64,000 bases of DNA, from contig BCKQ01000003.1 in the NCBI GenBank assembly GCA_001600695.1, forward strand, positions 1,121,062 to 1,185,061, read 5' to 3'. Both the position numbers and the translations under genes were made by a program. Of the stretch, positions 47,492 through 59,301 are shown one piece after another. The notes beneath the pieces were generated by a model, which worked only from the letters and a program-made list of their open reading frames with translations, was not told the DNA's origin and searched no databases. The DNA is from Ascoidea asiatica JCM 7603 (Eukaryota; Fungi; Ascomycota). Within the stretch, counting starts at the first letter, position 1. The number at the start of each line of letters is the position of its first letter.

Positions 47492-48247
47492 TACTTAAAT
47501 ATCTCCTTAAATATCTCCTTAAATATCTCCTTAAATATATCCTTTACTATATATATAAATTAGTTAATTATAAATATAAATATATAACTTGTGTAATGTA
47601 ATCTTAGTCTTCTTTCTTCCAAACTAAATAGTTCATAAACCTTTTTTTCTTATCTTGCTCATCGCCTAAATATTCACCGCAATTATAGATAATGAAAATT
47701 TATAACTTACACTATTATATCATTTTATATTATTACGCAAATACATTTAATATATATTATATAATATATTATAATATAATAGACTAATAAAGACTAATAA
47801 AGACTATAAAGATTATAAATATCATTGAATATCATTGAATATATCAAAGATATATAATAAAATAATAAAATACTAACCTATTGATTATTCAATCTTCTTT
47901 TGGCTTGTGATTTTGATTTATTCTATTAACTATTAACCATTAACTATTCATTTACATTTTAAAATATTTTCATATCATCCATCTCATTACAAATATTTTA
48001 AAAGAATAATCTCTATCGATACCCTAATACCTAAAAAAATAAAATAAAATAAATATTTAAATATTTCAATCAATAACTAAACAAGTTCAAGAATATAATA
48101 GCAAAAAAAAAAAGTATATTATATTATATTATATTATATTATAAACATCAATTCGATTAACTAAGTAATTTATTGACTAATTCATTGAATAACTCATTGA
48201 ACTTCATTAAAGTGAAAAAAAAGTTTTATTTCATTCAATTAATTAAA

Positions 48248-48500
48248 ATGTCATCACCTTCTTCTTCAATTTCTTCTCAATTTATATTATATGATCAAGA
48301 TTTATCAACAATAAAAAAGTTATCAAATAATAATAATTTCTTACAAGATTCAATTAAAGATTCAATGACTAATATACAATTCAAAGATTCTGAAGTTTCT
48401 ACAACTCCAGCTTCTCAAACTGAAGATGAAGATGCTGATGATGAATCTACAATAATCTTTAATATGGATAATAATATTGAAAATTATAATGATGAAAATG

Positions 48501-48541
<41 letters not shown>

Positions 48542-48782
48542 TTTGATAATAATAATATCAATAATGAAAACAATAATGAAAACAATAATAATGAGGTTAA
48601 TAATTTAAAAGTTAATGATTTTGATTTCCATTATACTCCTTCAACTTCTTCTTCAATTAATAATTTTAATATTTCTGATAGATCAAATTCACTGCCTTCT
48701 TTATTTGATCAATCAAAAGTATTTCAATTCAATCAACCAATTAATAATCTCAATAATAATAATAATAATAACAATGAAGATG

Positions 48783-48825
<43 letters not shown>

Positions 48826-49969
48826 TGAAAAAAAATTACTTGTACCTTTTTTTATTCCTTTTAAAAGACGATTACAAACTTTTATGGTTTTATGGCATAC
48901 AATCTCAATTCCAATTTTTTTCTCAATTTTTTTATTCACTTTATCTTTTTTTCCAATTTTATGGTGGTTTTTATTACCATATTTATTTTATTATTTTTAT
49001 GATAAAAGTCCAGAAAATGGTAATGTAACAAAAAGATATTCAAATTTTATGAGAAATTTATTAATTTGGAAATATTTTTGTAATTATTTTCCAATAACTT
49101 TACATAAAACTATTGATTTAAAACCAACATTTGAAGAAAAAGAAATTGAAATTGAAATTGGAATTGAAAGTGAAGTTGAAGCTGAAATTAAAAAGAATAA
49201 AAATATCAAAGAAAATGATAAGAATAATGAAATTAAAAAAATTAAAAAAATTAAAAAATTTATACCAACTGGTCCAAGATATATTTTTGGTTATCATCCT
49301 CATGGTTGTGTTGTAATGGGTGCAATGGGTGGTGTTGCAACAGAAGGTGCAAATTGGTCAAAAAAATTTCCTGGTATACCAATTTCAACTTTAACATTAT
49401 TAACTCAATTTAAATTACCTTATTATAGAGATTATTTAATGTCATTAGGTATTTCTTCAGTTAAAAAACAAAATATTATTGATTTATTAAAAAGAAATAT
49501 GTCTGTTTTAATTGTTATTGGAGGTGCAAGAGAATCTTTATTAAGTAAACCAAATTCAAAAAAAATAATTTTAAAAAATAGAAAAGGTTTTGTAAAATTA
49601 GCTTTATCAGTTGGTAATGTTAATTTGGTACCAATTTATGCATTTGGTGAAAATGAATTATATAAAGTTTTAGAACCACAATCAAATTCATATTTTAGAA
49701 AATTTCAAATGTGGTTAAAAAATAAATTTGGTTTTACAATTCCTTTTTTTCATGCAAGAGGTATATTTAATTATGAATATGGAGTTTTACCATTTAGACA
49801 AAGTATTGATATGGTATTTGGTAAACCAATTGAAGTACCAAAAATTGATAATCCAACAAATGATGATATTAATTTTTATCATAAATTATATATGAATGAA
49901 TTAATAACAGTTTTTGAAGAAAATAAAAAAAAATTTGGATATTCTGGTCATTTAGATTTTGTTGGATAA
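48248..49969 (+). CDS. DGA1: Diacylglycerol acyltransferase (DGAT2)
   Basis: RRLQT, YFP, GPRYIFGYHPHG, GGARESL, RKGFVKLA, FGEN; first ATG at 48248. Confidence 0.95.
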
Positions 49970-50215
49970 ATGATTTTAAATTTCAGTTTTATTTATTTAA
50001 TTTACTTGTACAATATTCAAATTCATTTATATCCAGCATCAAGTATCATATTATATTTAATGTACAGTATATATTATCATACCATATAACATTTTTTCTC
50101 TTTACTTTTTTTTCTTTTTTATATCATTTATATATTATTACTTTTATATAGGGTAGATATTCTATATTTCTAGTCTATGCATGATCATTTATTCATTCAT
50201 TCATTCATTTAATAT

Positions 50216-51058
50216 TTAATTGGTTAAATAACCTTTAATATTTGAAACATTTTTAATTAAAAAATCAGATATAAGTTTACCATTTAAATTAAACTTATCA
50301 AAATAATGTAAATTTTGAAAATTATGTAAGTTATGTAAATTATTTAAATTATTTAAATTAATATAATTTATGAATTGAGTTATATTATTTAAATTTATAT
50401 TAAAATCATTTAAATTTAAAAAATGATTTATTAATGGTAATATTATTATCAATTGTAAAAATTTAACAATTAAATAATTTTTTTTTAACCATTTTTTCAA
50501 ATCATTTTCTGACCAATTATCAATATTTGAAATTTCACTATTTTGATCAACTGATCTATTATCAAAGTCTACATCTGATTTTAATCTTTTTTGATTCTTT
50601 TGAATCTTTTTATTTCCTTGATTTCCTTGATTTCCTTGATTTCCTTGATTTCCTTGATTTCTTTCAATTGACGATATCAATGTCTCTTTTGAACTCCCCA
50701 TTATGTTCTGATCATTATTACTGAATGTAGAATTGTTTAACGTTCTGACTGAATTATTAAGAGAATTTATGGAAGAACTTGATGATAAATTTTGATTAAA
50801 ATTCTTTTGATTTGAATATAATTTGAGATTTTGTTTAGGTATTGAATTCTGATTTATAAATTTGTTTGTGTCTTTAGTATCTTTGAACATCACATTTTTG
50901 AAGATTTGAAATAAATTCAATCTGAATTTATAAATGTAATTAAAATTTGATAATTTGAATTTACAAAGTAAAAAAGATACTAAAATTGAAGATATTAGTA
51001 TCAATTTTTTTAAATTTTTTATCTTTTTGATTTTATTGAAGATTGTAATATTACTCAT
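50216..51058 (-). CDS. Hypothetical membrane protein with one Ish1-like WS..DLK.WL motif
   Basis: ~280-aa ORF from ATG 51058; two hydrophobic segments; NQG repeats; DNWSENDLKKWLKKN. Confidence 0.5.
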   Translation of the reverse strand: MSNITIFNKIKKIKNLKKLILISSILVSFLLCKFKLSNFNYIYKFRLNLFQIFKNVMFKDTKDTNKFINQNSIPKQNLKLYSNQKNFNQNLSSSSSINSLNNSVRTLNNSTFSNNDQNIMGSSKETLISSIERNQGNQGNQGNQGNQGNKKIQKNQKRLKSDVDFDNRSVDQNSEISNIDNWSENDLKKWLKKNYLIVKFLQLIIILPLINHFLNLNDFNINLNNITQFINYINLNNLNNLHNLHNFQNLHYFDKFNLNGKLISDFLIKNVSNIKGYLTN

Positions 51059-51326
51059 TCCTAACAACCGGTTTTTTTCACAATAATTCAACAATTTAAT
51101 ACAACTCTTGCTGAAATATATTATATTAATGAAAGTCTTTTATAATTGATGAATGAATAAAAACAAATAAATAGAAACTGAAGAAATGAATAAAAATCAG
51201 TCCAATGCTCAATTCGTAAATAATCTTTCGAGTAACTTCTGCCGCTACCAGAAAACGATACCAATAAGGTTTTAGTCCAATCGGCATGCAGCAAAGCACA
51301 GACCGTGGCTTTTTAAATTCCATGGT

Positions 51327-51349
51327 GCGGATATTTAAAAAATATCCGC
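51327..51349. repeat. Perfect 10-bp inverted repeat (CGG-N15-CCG)
   Basis: GCGGATATTT-aaa-AAATATCCGC. Confidence 0.9.
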
Positions 51350-51477
51350 TACTGTGCCACATAAATCCGAAAATAGAATTATAAAAATTACCATCCTCAA
51401 CGTGGATGAAGACCCATGATTTTGGACTCTGTGACTTGAGGTAAAAGGAAGCATAAAATACCTTCTATTGCAGGCAA

Positions 51478-51483
51478 ACGCGT
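51478..51483. promoter_or_regulatory. MCB (MBF) element upstream of RFC3
   Basis: ACGCGT ~260 bp upstream of a DNA replication gene. Confidence 0.55.
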
Positions 51484-51742
51484 AAAGATTTTTTATTGAA
51501 ATTTATTAAAATGTATGAAATTTGTTTGGATTCTGAAAAAAGAAGCTTTGTTTTTAACGTGAATTAAACTGAATTTAAGATTGATCTGGAAGATTTGAGA
51601 AGTTTGATGAATTTGAAGAAGCTTAAGAAATCTAAGAAGTCTAAGAAGTTAAACATATTGGAAAAGTAAATTAATTGTATATATCTTTCATCAGATATAC
51701 TTAAATATAATAAAATCATTATTGCTAGAGATTTCTTTAAAT

Positions 51743-52813
51743 ATGTCAAGTAATACCCAGAATAACACTTCCAGTAATACAAATAATAAATCAACAGCAG
51801 AAAATTTACCATGGGTAGAGAAATATAGACCTTCATCTTTAGATGATGTTTATGGACAAAAATCAATAATTGCAACTTTAGAAAAATTCATTGAATCTGG
51901 TAAATTACCACATCTTTTATTTTATGGACCTCCAGGTACTGGAAAAACTTCAACAGTTTTAGCATTAGCTAAAAAAATATATGGAGAAAATTTATATAAA
52001 AAAATGATTTTAGAATTAAATGCTTCTGATGAAAGAGGTATTGATGTTGTTAGAGATAAAATTAAAAATTTTGCTTCAACTATGCAAATTTTTTCAAAAG
52101 GTTTTAAATTAATTATTCTTGATGAAGCAGATTCAATGACAAATGTTGCACAAAATGCATTAAGAAGAATTATTGAAAAATATACAAAAAATACAAGATT
52201 TATAATTTTAGCTAATTATGCTCATAAATTAAATCCTGCTTTACTTTCAAGATGTACAAGATTTAGATTTCAACCTTTAAATAAAATTGCAATTAAAGAA
52301 AGAATAAATTATGTTAAAAATTTAGAAAATTTAAAAATTTCAAAAGATGCAGAAACTGCTTTATTAAAATTAAGTAATGGTGATATGAGAAAAGCATTAA
52401 ATGTTTTACAAAGTTGTAAAGCTGCTTTAGATTATACATCAAATGATTTATCACAAATTCCATCACAAGAAATAACTCCAGAAATGGTTTATGAATGTAT
52501 TGGAGCTCCAGATCCAAGTGATATTGATTTAATTTTGAATTCAATATTATCAAATGATTTCACAACATCATATTTAACATTAATTAAAATTTCAAATCAA
52601 AAAGGTTTAGCTTTAATTGATTTATTAGAAGGTTTTGTATCGATATTTAATAATTATAAATTAAATAAAAAATCAAGAATAAATCTATTAATAGGTTTAA
52701 GTGAAATTGAATATAATATAAGTAAAGGTGGTAATCAAAAAATACAATCAAGTGCAACAATTGCTGTTATTAAAAATACTATGGAATTACAAGGAGGTAA
52801 AATAATAAAATAA
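51743..52813 (+). CDS. RFC3: Replication factor C small subunit
   Basis: LPWVEKYRP, PHLLFYGPPGTGKTS, LELNASDERGIDVVR, IFSKGFKLIILDEAD, SRC; ATG at 51743. Confidence 0.95.
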   Translation: MSSNTQNNTSSNTNNKSTAENLPWVEKYRPSSLDDVYGQKSIIATLEKFIESGKLPHLLFYGPPGTGKTSTVLALAKKIYGENLYKKMILELNASDERGIDVVRDKIKNFASTMQIFSKGFKLIILDEADSMTNVAQNALRRIIEKYTKNTRFIILANYAHKLNPALLSRCTRFRFQPLNKIAIKERINYVKNLENLKISKDAETALLKLSNGDMRKALNVLQSCKAALDYTSNDLSQIPSQEITPEMVYECIGAPDPSDIDLILNSILSNDFTTSYLTLIKISNQKGLALIDLLEGFVSIFNNYKLNKKSRINLLIGLSEIEYNISKGGNQKIQSSATIAVIKNTMELQGGKIIK

Positions 52814-52972
52814 TAAAATAAAGAAATAAAGAAATGATGAAAAAATGAAATAAAGAATTTTAAAAAAAAATTTTACAAATTTTATATAATTACATAAATA
52901 ATACATTCTGAAATAAAAAATCATGATAAAAAATCATAATAAAATAAAATAAAATAAAATAAAATAAAATTT

Positions 52973-53489
52973 TCACTCTTTATTTAATGCTTTTTTTAAT
53001 TTTAAATAAAATTGTGGTAAAGTTTTATGAGGAAATTTTAAATTATCAAAAAAATAATCAGGTAATTTCTCTTTTAATAAACTTATTATTTCTTCATCTT
53101 CAATTGTATCAATTGATGGTTTATAAGTGATTTGAATAATTTCATTATCTTCATTTTCATCATTATCATCTTCAATTCCTTTATTTTCTTTATTTTCTTT
53201 ATTTTCTTTATTTTCTTTATCTTCTTCATTTTTTATTTTCTTATTTATTTTCTCATTTTCATTTTCATTTTCATTTTCATTATTACTATCATCTTCTTTA
53301 TCTCTTGGAATTAATAATTGATATGGAAAACTTAATAATTCATGATCATCAGATTGTCTACAATTAAATACAAGATAATTTTCATTAGCAATAGTTATAT
53401 TTTCTATTCTTATATTACACATTGCTTCTAAAATTTCTAAAATCATTTCACTTTTATCTAATTGTAATTTCATTTCTTCTATTGATTCA

Positions 53490-53520
<31 letters not shown>

Positions 53521-54140
53521 CATTATCATCACCATTTTCTTTATTTGATTGAATATTAATATTGATTTTATTTTTTAAATTATTATTTTCATTAATTAAA
53601 ATTTGATTTTCAAATTTTAAATTTTCAATAATTTTTTTATAATTAGAATTTTCATTTTGTAAAGAATTTTTTAAAATTTTTTTTTCATTATTTAAATTAT
53701 TTAATTTTAAAACTAAAGAATTTATAATATCATCAGTTAAATTTAATTTAAATTTTATTTTTTTTTTATAATTATCAAAATTTTCTTCAATTTTTTTTAA
53801 ATTTAAATTATTTAATAAATCTTTAATATTATTTAAATTAGTTTTATCTAATTTATTTAATTTAGGTAATTCATTTTTAGTATTAATTTGATTTGATTTT
53901 TGAATATTAATATTTAATGAAGATAATATAGATTCAGGTAATTTATTTTGTAAACCAGTTATTTTTAAAATTTCATTTGTATTTAAAACATGAGTTTTAT
54001 TACTATTATTATTATTATTATTATTATTTTGATTATCTATATCATTCGTATTATTTATTTCTTCAATTCCATCAGAACTTTCATTATTATTGTTATTGTT
54101 GTTTTCTATTAGTATATCTTTTTTTTTTTGAGAATTTCGT

Positions 54141-54172
<32 letters not shown>

Positions 54173-54376
54173 GATATTAATAATTCTAGAAGAAGCTCTA
54201 GTAATTCTTTTATTTGAAATATTTGAAATATTTGAAATATTTGAATTATTTAAAGATATTATATCATTAGATATATTTGTATTAATATCATTTGATTTTT
54301 TTAATTTTTTTGAGATTGAATTATTTGAAGTTATTGAATTTGATTTTCTTTTTGAAACTTTCCTTTTTGGTGGCAT
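52973..54376 (-). CDS. CSM1: Monopolin subunit Csm1/Pcs1 (expanded)
   Basis: Coiled coil, then an RWD-like C-terminus: F.C.QS...Y.P...LPDYFFDNLKFP..TL.QFY.KL.KAL. ATG at 54376 (MPPKRK). Confidence 0.82.
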
Positions 54377-54734
54377 TATATAAGTTTTCAATTATCTTTT
54401 TTTTTGCACTCTATTGTATAAGATTATTGTATAAGATTATTGTTATTTTATTTGTAATTTATTTGTAATTTATTTCTGATTTCTATTTACAAATTAATAT
54501 ATTTATTGTTCTTTTGTTTACAAATTGATTGTTTATTGTTTATTGTTACAGTTTTAAATTTAACGCTAAGATTTTAAAAATTTTAAAACGCATTGGATCC
54601 ATAATGGTGGTAAATGCGGGTGTTGCAGTACAGTACTGCTAGATCCATTAGACCCGTTGTAATGGTTTACATTATTTTAATTAATATTTATTTACTTTTA
54701 TTATTTAGCTATTTAATATACTGTATGTAATAAA

Positions 54735-55431
54735 TTAAAGAGAAGCACCTGGAGCATCTGGATTAGCTTTTAAAGATAATAAAATTTCTTTAAATTTAGT
54801 TTTATCTCTTGTATCAGAAATATTATTAGTTTTAGTTGTAGTTGTAGTGATAGAATTTGAATTTTTTTTTAAATCAATAATTTTAATAATTTTATCCCAA
54901 ATTGTAAAATTTTGTAAATTAATATTTTGTTGAAATAAATTATCATTATTTTCAATAAATTTTATTGAATCATCTTTTGTTTTAGAAATATTAATTTCTT
55001 TTTTATTATTATAATTTTCATAAAATTCATCAATTAAAGAATGAGCTTTTTTTAAAATTTCAATTTTTTTCATTTTTGATAATTGATCTTTTTTATTTAA
55101 TTCATTTTCTTTTTTTAATTTCCATTCAATTATTGATTTTGATTCTTCTTTAAAAATTGGTTCTGAAGAATTACTATAATCATAATTCTGACTATTTATA
55201 TTATTATTATTATTATTCTCGAATTCATTATCATTATCACTTGTATATTCTAAAGTTGTTGAATTTGGTGGATATTGATTTGGAGAATTTAATTTTGGAA
55301 AATTATTTTCAAATTCTTGAAATTCATCAGATTGATTATCATCATTAATATTAGAATTTACAAATTCATCATCTGGAGTTGAAAATTCATCACCAAGTAA
55401 TTGTTTTTCTCTTTCAAGAAAATTTCCACCG

Positions 55432-55464
<33 letters not shown>

Positions 55465-55517
55465 ATAGGTATAATATCAGAATCAAAATCTTTTAAAGGA
55501 GGAAACTTCTCAGCCAT
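54735..55517 (-). CDS. CLC1: Clathrin light chain
   Basis: MAEKFPPL, FLEREKQLLGDEF, FENNFP, I.EWK, IDEFYENYN, RDKTKFKEILLSLK...APGA. Confidence 0.95.
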
Positions 55518-55796
55518 TTTGAATTAAATAATTATATTGTATTATTGATTATTTAATATATATCTGAGATTTCATATAAGAAACACAAAAGCTATTCTTA
55601 TTGAATTTCGATATCAAAACAATCAAAACAATCAATGAATAATTAAATTGCCTGGAAATTAGATGCAATCTGAGATCTGAGAATAGGAGACACTCTAACG
55701 CCAACACACGGTCATGTGACAGTCTTGTGTCTCACAGTACACGTGTCACCACCACCACCACCACTCCTCACTCACTACCACTACTACCACTCCTCA

Positions 55797-55836
55797 CTCT
55801 TCTTCTTCTTCTTCTTCTTCTTCTTCTTCTTCTTCT
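55797..55836. repeat. (CTT)n microsatellite in the CLC1-ALG13 divergent promoter
   Basis: Directly visible trinucleotide run. Confidence 0.9.
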
Positions 55837-56089
55837 TGTTGCTATTGCCGTTGTTCTTCTTCTGCTGCGGTGGAACTGGTCACGTTACTGCCTCGTATCT
55901 ACTCACTATCTGCTTACTATCTGCTCACTATCTGCTTACTATCTGCTATCGATCGAATAAGAGTAGTAAATATACACTATTATATTATAACTATTATATT
56001 ATATTATATCTGATACTTTATATTATATATTCTATATTCTTCTCAATTAATTCACTTATTTCAATAGATTTAATATCAAAATTATAAAA

Positions 56090-57277
56090 ATGTCTACTAT
56101 TTTCATCACAACTGGAATCACAAGTACTTTTAAAGAACTTATTGAAGTTATTTTAAATCCAATTTTTTTAAAATTCTTAGTTTTAAAAAATTTTAATAAA
56201 ATTATTTTACAATATGGTAATGAAATTAAATTTAAAAATAATATTTCAATAAATTTATCAAAGATTTTTTTCTTAAATATTTTAAATAATTTTTATAATA
56301 ATGTATCTAAATCTTACATAAATGATATAAATAACATAGATAATATAACTAACATAACTAACATAGATAATAAAGATAATATAGAAAAAAGTATCGGCGC
56401 TAATCAGAATCTTATCAATAATAGTAATAATAATAGTAATAATAATAGTAATAATAATAGTAATATATATGAAGATATAGAGATTCTTATAAATAATACC
56501 AAAAATTATAATAATAATAATACATTACCATTTAATGAATATATTAATCAAATTTTTGAAAATTATTCAAATTTAAATGATAAAAAAGATTCATATAATA
56601 TAAATTTAAAAATTTTTAAAAAATTTAAATTATCATTAAATTGTTATTCAATATCTTTTAATAATTATATTAATGATATAAAATTATCAAATTTAATAAT
56701 TTCTCATGCTGGTACTGGTTCAATTTTAGATATTTTAAAATTATTATTAAATAATCAAAAATTAATTTTAATTATTGATTCAACATTAATGAATAATCAT
56801 CAATTTGAAATTTCAAATGAATTTAAAAATTTAAATTATCTTGATTTTATTCAATTTAATTATTCTCATTATCATAATAACATCGAAGATAATAATATTG
56901 AATATAATAAATATTTAAATAATAGTTTATTCAATTTTAATCATTATTTTATTAATACTTTAAGATATATATATAAACATTTATATTCTTATTGTAATAC
57001 TTCAAATAATTCAATATATTCAATCAATAATAATCATTCTAATACTGAAAATGACAATAACAACAACAACAACAACAACAACAACAAATATATAATTGAA
57101 TCGGATTTAGATAATAATATTAAATTAAATTTTAAAATTTCAAATAATCAAAATTTAATTAAAATTATTGAAAAATTAAATTATTTATTATTAAATAATA
57201 TTCAATTTAAAAAATTAAAATCTGAAAATAATTCATTTATTTTAAATCAAATTATTGATGATTTAATTTATGATTAA
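56090..57277 (+). CDS. ALG13: UDP-GlcNAc transferase catalytic subunit with large Asn-rich insertions
   Basis: IFITTG...F..LI, IILQYG, LIISHAGTGSILD, LM.NHQ.EI...F. Confidence 0.88.
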   Translation: MSTIFITTGITSTFKELIEVILNPIFLKFLVLKNFNKIILQYGNEIKFKNNISINLSKIFFLNILNNFYNNVSKSYINDINNIDNITNITNIDNKDNIEKSIGANQNLINNSNNNSNNNSNNNSNIYEDIEILINNTKNYNNNNTLPFNEYINQIFENYSNLNDKKDSYNINLKIFKKFKLSLNCYSISFNNYINDIKLSNLIISHAGTGSILDILKLLLNNQKLILIIDSTLMNNHQFEISNEFKNLNYLDFIQFNYSHYHNNIEDNNIEYNKYLNNSLFNFNHYFINTLRYIYKHLYSYCNTSNNSIYSINNNHSNTENDNNNNNNNNNNKYIIESDLDNNIKLNFKISNNQNLIKIIEKLNYLLLNNIQFKKLKSENNSFILNQIIDDLIYD

Positions 57278-57286
57278 TATATATAA

Positions 57287-57376
57287 CTATAAATTTAATT
57301 CTCCAATTCCTTTAAAAATATCATCTGTAGTTATTTCATTTAATTCTCCAATTAAAATAATTTTACTAAATTTATC

Positions 57377-57411
<35 letters not shown>

Positions 57412-58639
57412 CATTCTTAATAATTAAATCATAATTTCCATCAATTATTTCATATGTATCTCTTACACCTTGAATAATTTTACAACTTAAATTAATTTTA
57501 TCAATTAAAATACCTTTTAATCTATGAATTTCAACTTTTTTATTATTAATTTGTTTTTCCCATAAAGCTAATTGAATAAAATTTTCAATTTTTTTTAAAT
57601 TATAATTATTAAAGTTATTAAAATTATTAAAATTATTATTATAATTAAAATTTATTGAAATTGTATTAATTAAATCTTTATTATGATGATAATGATAATT
57701 ATTTAATTGATTTAAATTATTTTTAAAATTTATTAATAAATTATCTTTATTATCATAACAATGTAAATCTAAAATTTTATTCAAATCTAAATTACCATAT
57801 TCACATTCATATATTTTTGAAATATTATTAATTTTTTTAATTTTTTCTTTAATTTCATTTTTCTCAATTTCTTTATTTTTAAATAAATCAATTTTATTTA
57901 AAATTAAAACATCACCTAAAGCAATTTGTAAATGTGCAATTGATAAATTTTTTCTATTCTCATTTTCATTTTCAATCTCATTATTATTATTATTATTTTC
58001 ATGATAATCATAGAGATTTAAATTTTTAAAATTTCCATGAATTATACCATTTTCATTTTCTTTTAAATTTAATAAAATATTCTTAGAATCCATTACTGTA
58101 ATTACACCATCTATATAAATATTTGAATTTAATTCATCATCTAACCAAAACATTTTAATTATTGGACCTGGATCTGCTAAACCTGTAGTTTCTAATAATA
58201 TATAATCAATTTTATTTATTGAATTTTTAATTAATTTTTCAATTGCTAAAATTCCATTATCTTTTATTGAACAACATAAACATCCATTACCTAAATCTAA
58301 CCATTCTTTAAAATAATTATTTTTTTTATCTTTTAAAATTAAATTTTTTTCAATAGAATTTGAATCTCCAAATTCATTTAAAATTATTGCTAATTTTTTA
58401 TTTCCTTTAAGACTAATTTGATTTAATAATGTTGATTTTCCAGATCCTAAATATCCTGTAATTATAGTAACTGGTACTTTCTTCTTCACTATTTCTTTCT
58501 CAAAATTTATCAATTCTGAATTATTTATATTCTGATTATTATTACTAATTCTCTTGGGTTTAGTTAAATCATAGTTGAGATTATACTCATTCTTGACTTC
58601 GTCTACATCAAACACCAAGTCTGGAATCTCCTCCTCCAT
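57287..58639 (-). CDS. ZNG1: COG0523/CobW zinc metallochaperone GTPase
   Basis: PVTIITGYLGSGKST, AIILNEFG, GCLCC, ETTGLADP, NKID, HRLKG, QGVRDTY; N-terminal EEIPDLV; ATG at 58639. Confidence 0.92.
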
Positions 58640-58649
58640 TTTATTCAAC

Positions 58650-58965
58650 TGTCTCTTTAGTGTATTCTTCTTCTCTTTCCTCTCTTTCTTCTCTCTCTCT
58701 CTTCTTCATCACCAACATCATCGCCACCATCTCATCTCATCTCTCTCTCTCTCCTTTCTCACCTTCTTTTTTTTCTGCTCTTCTTTTTGATATCCGTCTA
58801 TCCGTGTCATCCTCTTTCCTCCTCCGTGTCCCGGTTCTCCTCTCCGGCCTGCTCTGCTGTCCTTTACAACTTTTGCCGTCCTTTTCTTCTTTTCTTCTTT
58901 CTTTCTTTCTTTCTTCTTTCTTTCTTTCTTTCTTCTTGCTTCTTTCTCGTTTTTTGCCTTCTTCA
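58650..58965. repeat. Polypyrimidine/polypurine tract in the ZNG1-ALG12 divergent promoter
   Basis: Long runs of (CT)n, (CTT)n and (CTTT)n. Confidence 0.8.
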
Positions 58966-59301
58966 CGAAACCTCCGTTGATTTTCTGTTTTTATGAGAAT
59001 TTGCAGCGTTATCTGGAAAAAGCTCTCAATTTTTATATTTCCTTTAATAATCATGAAATAATCTATGAGAACTTCTTTCTGTTATCATGAACATGATTAA
59101 ATTATATCAAATTATCATTTAATGATTCAATATATCATACATTATATGCTTCTTTTACTTTGTTATCAATTGTGAATTGAATTGAATTCAATTGATTGAA
59201 TCTGCTTTTGCTATTGCTTTTGAGATATAAAAGAGTTTATATTTCAACACTATTTTCATATCATATTCGCCCCCCTACTAGAAATAACAAAAGTAGTAAA
59301 A

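Noticed and set aside
47871-47877. TACTAAC branchpoint upstream of DGA1
   Set aside because: No matching GTATGT-like donor or nearby YAG acceptor was found.
58575-59054. Lys/Glu/Arg-rich and Ser/Phe/Leu-rich ORFs
   Set aside because: Translations of the CT-rich promoter tract.
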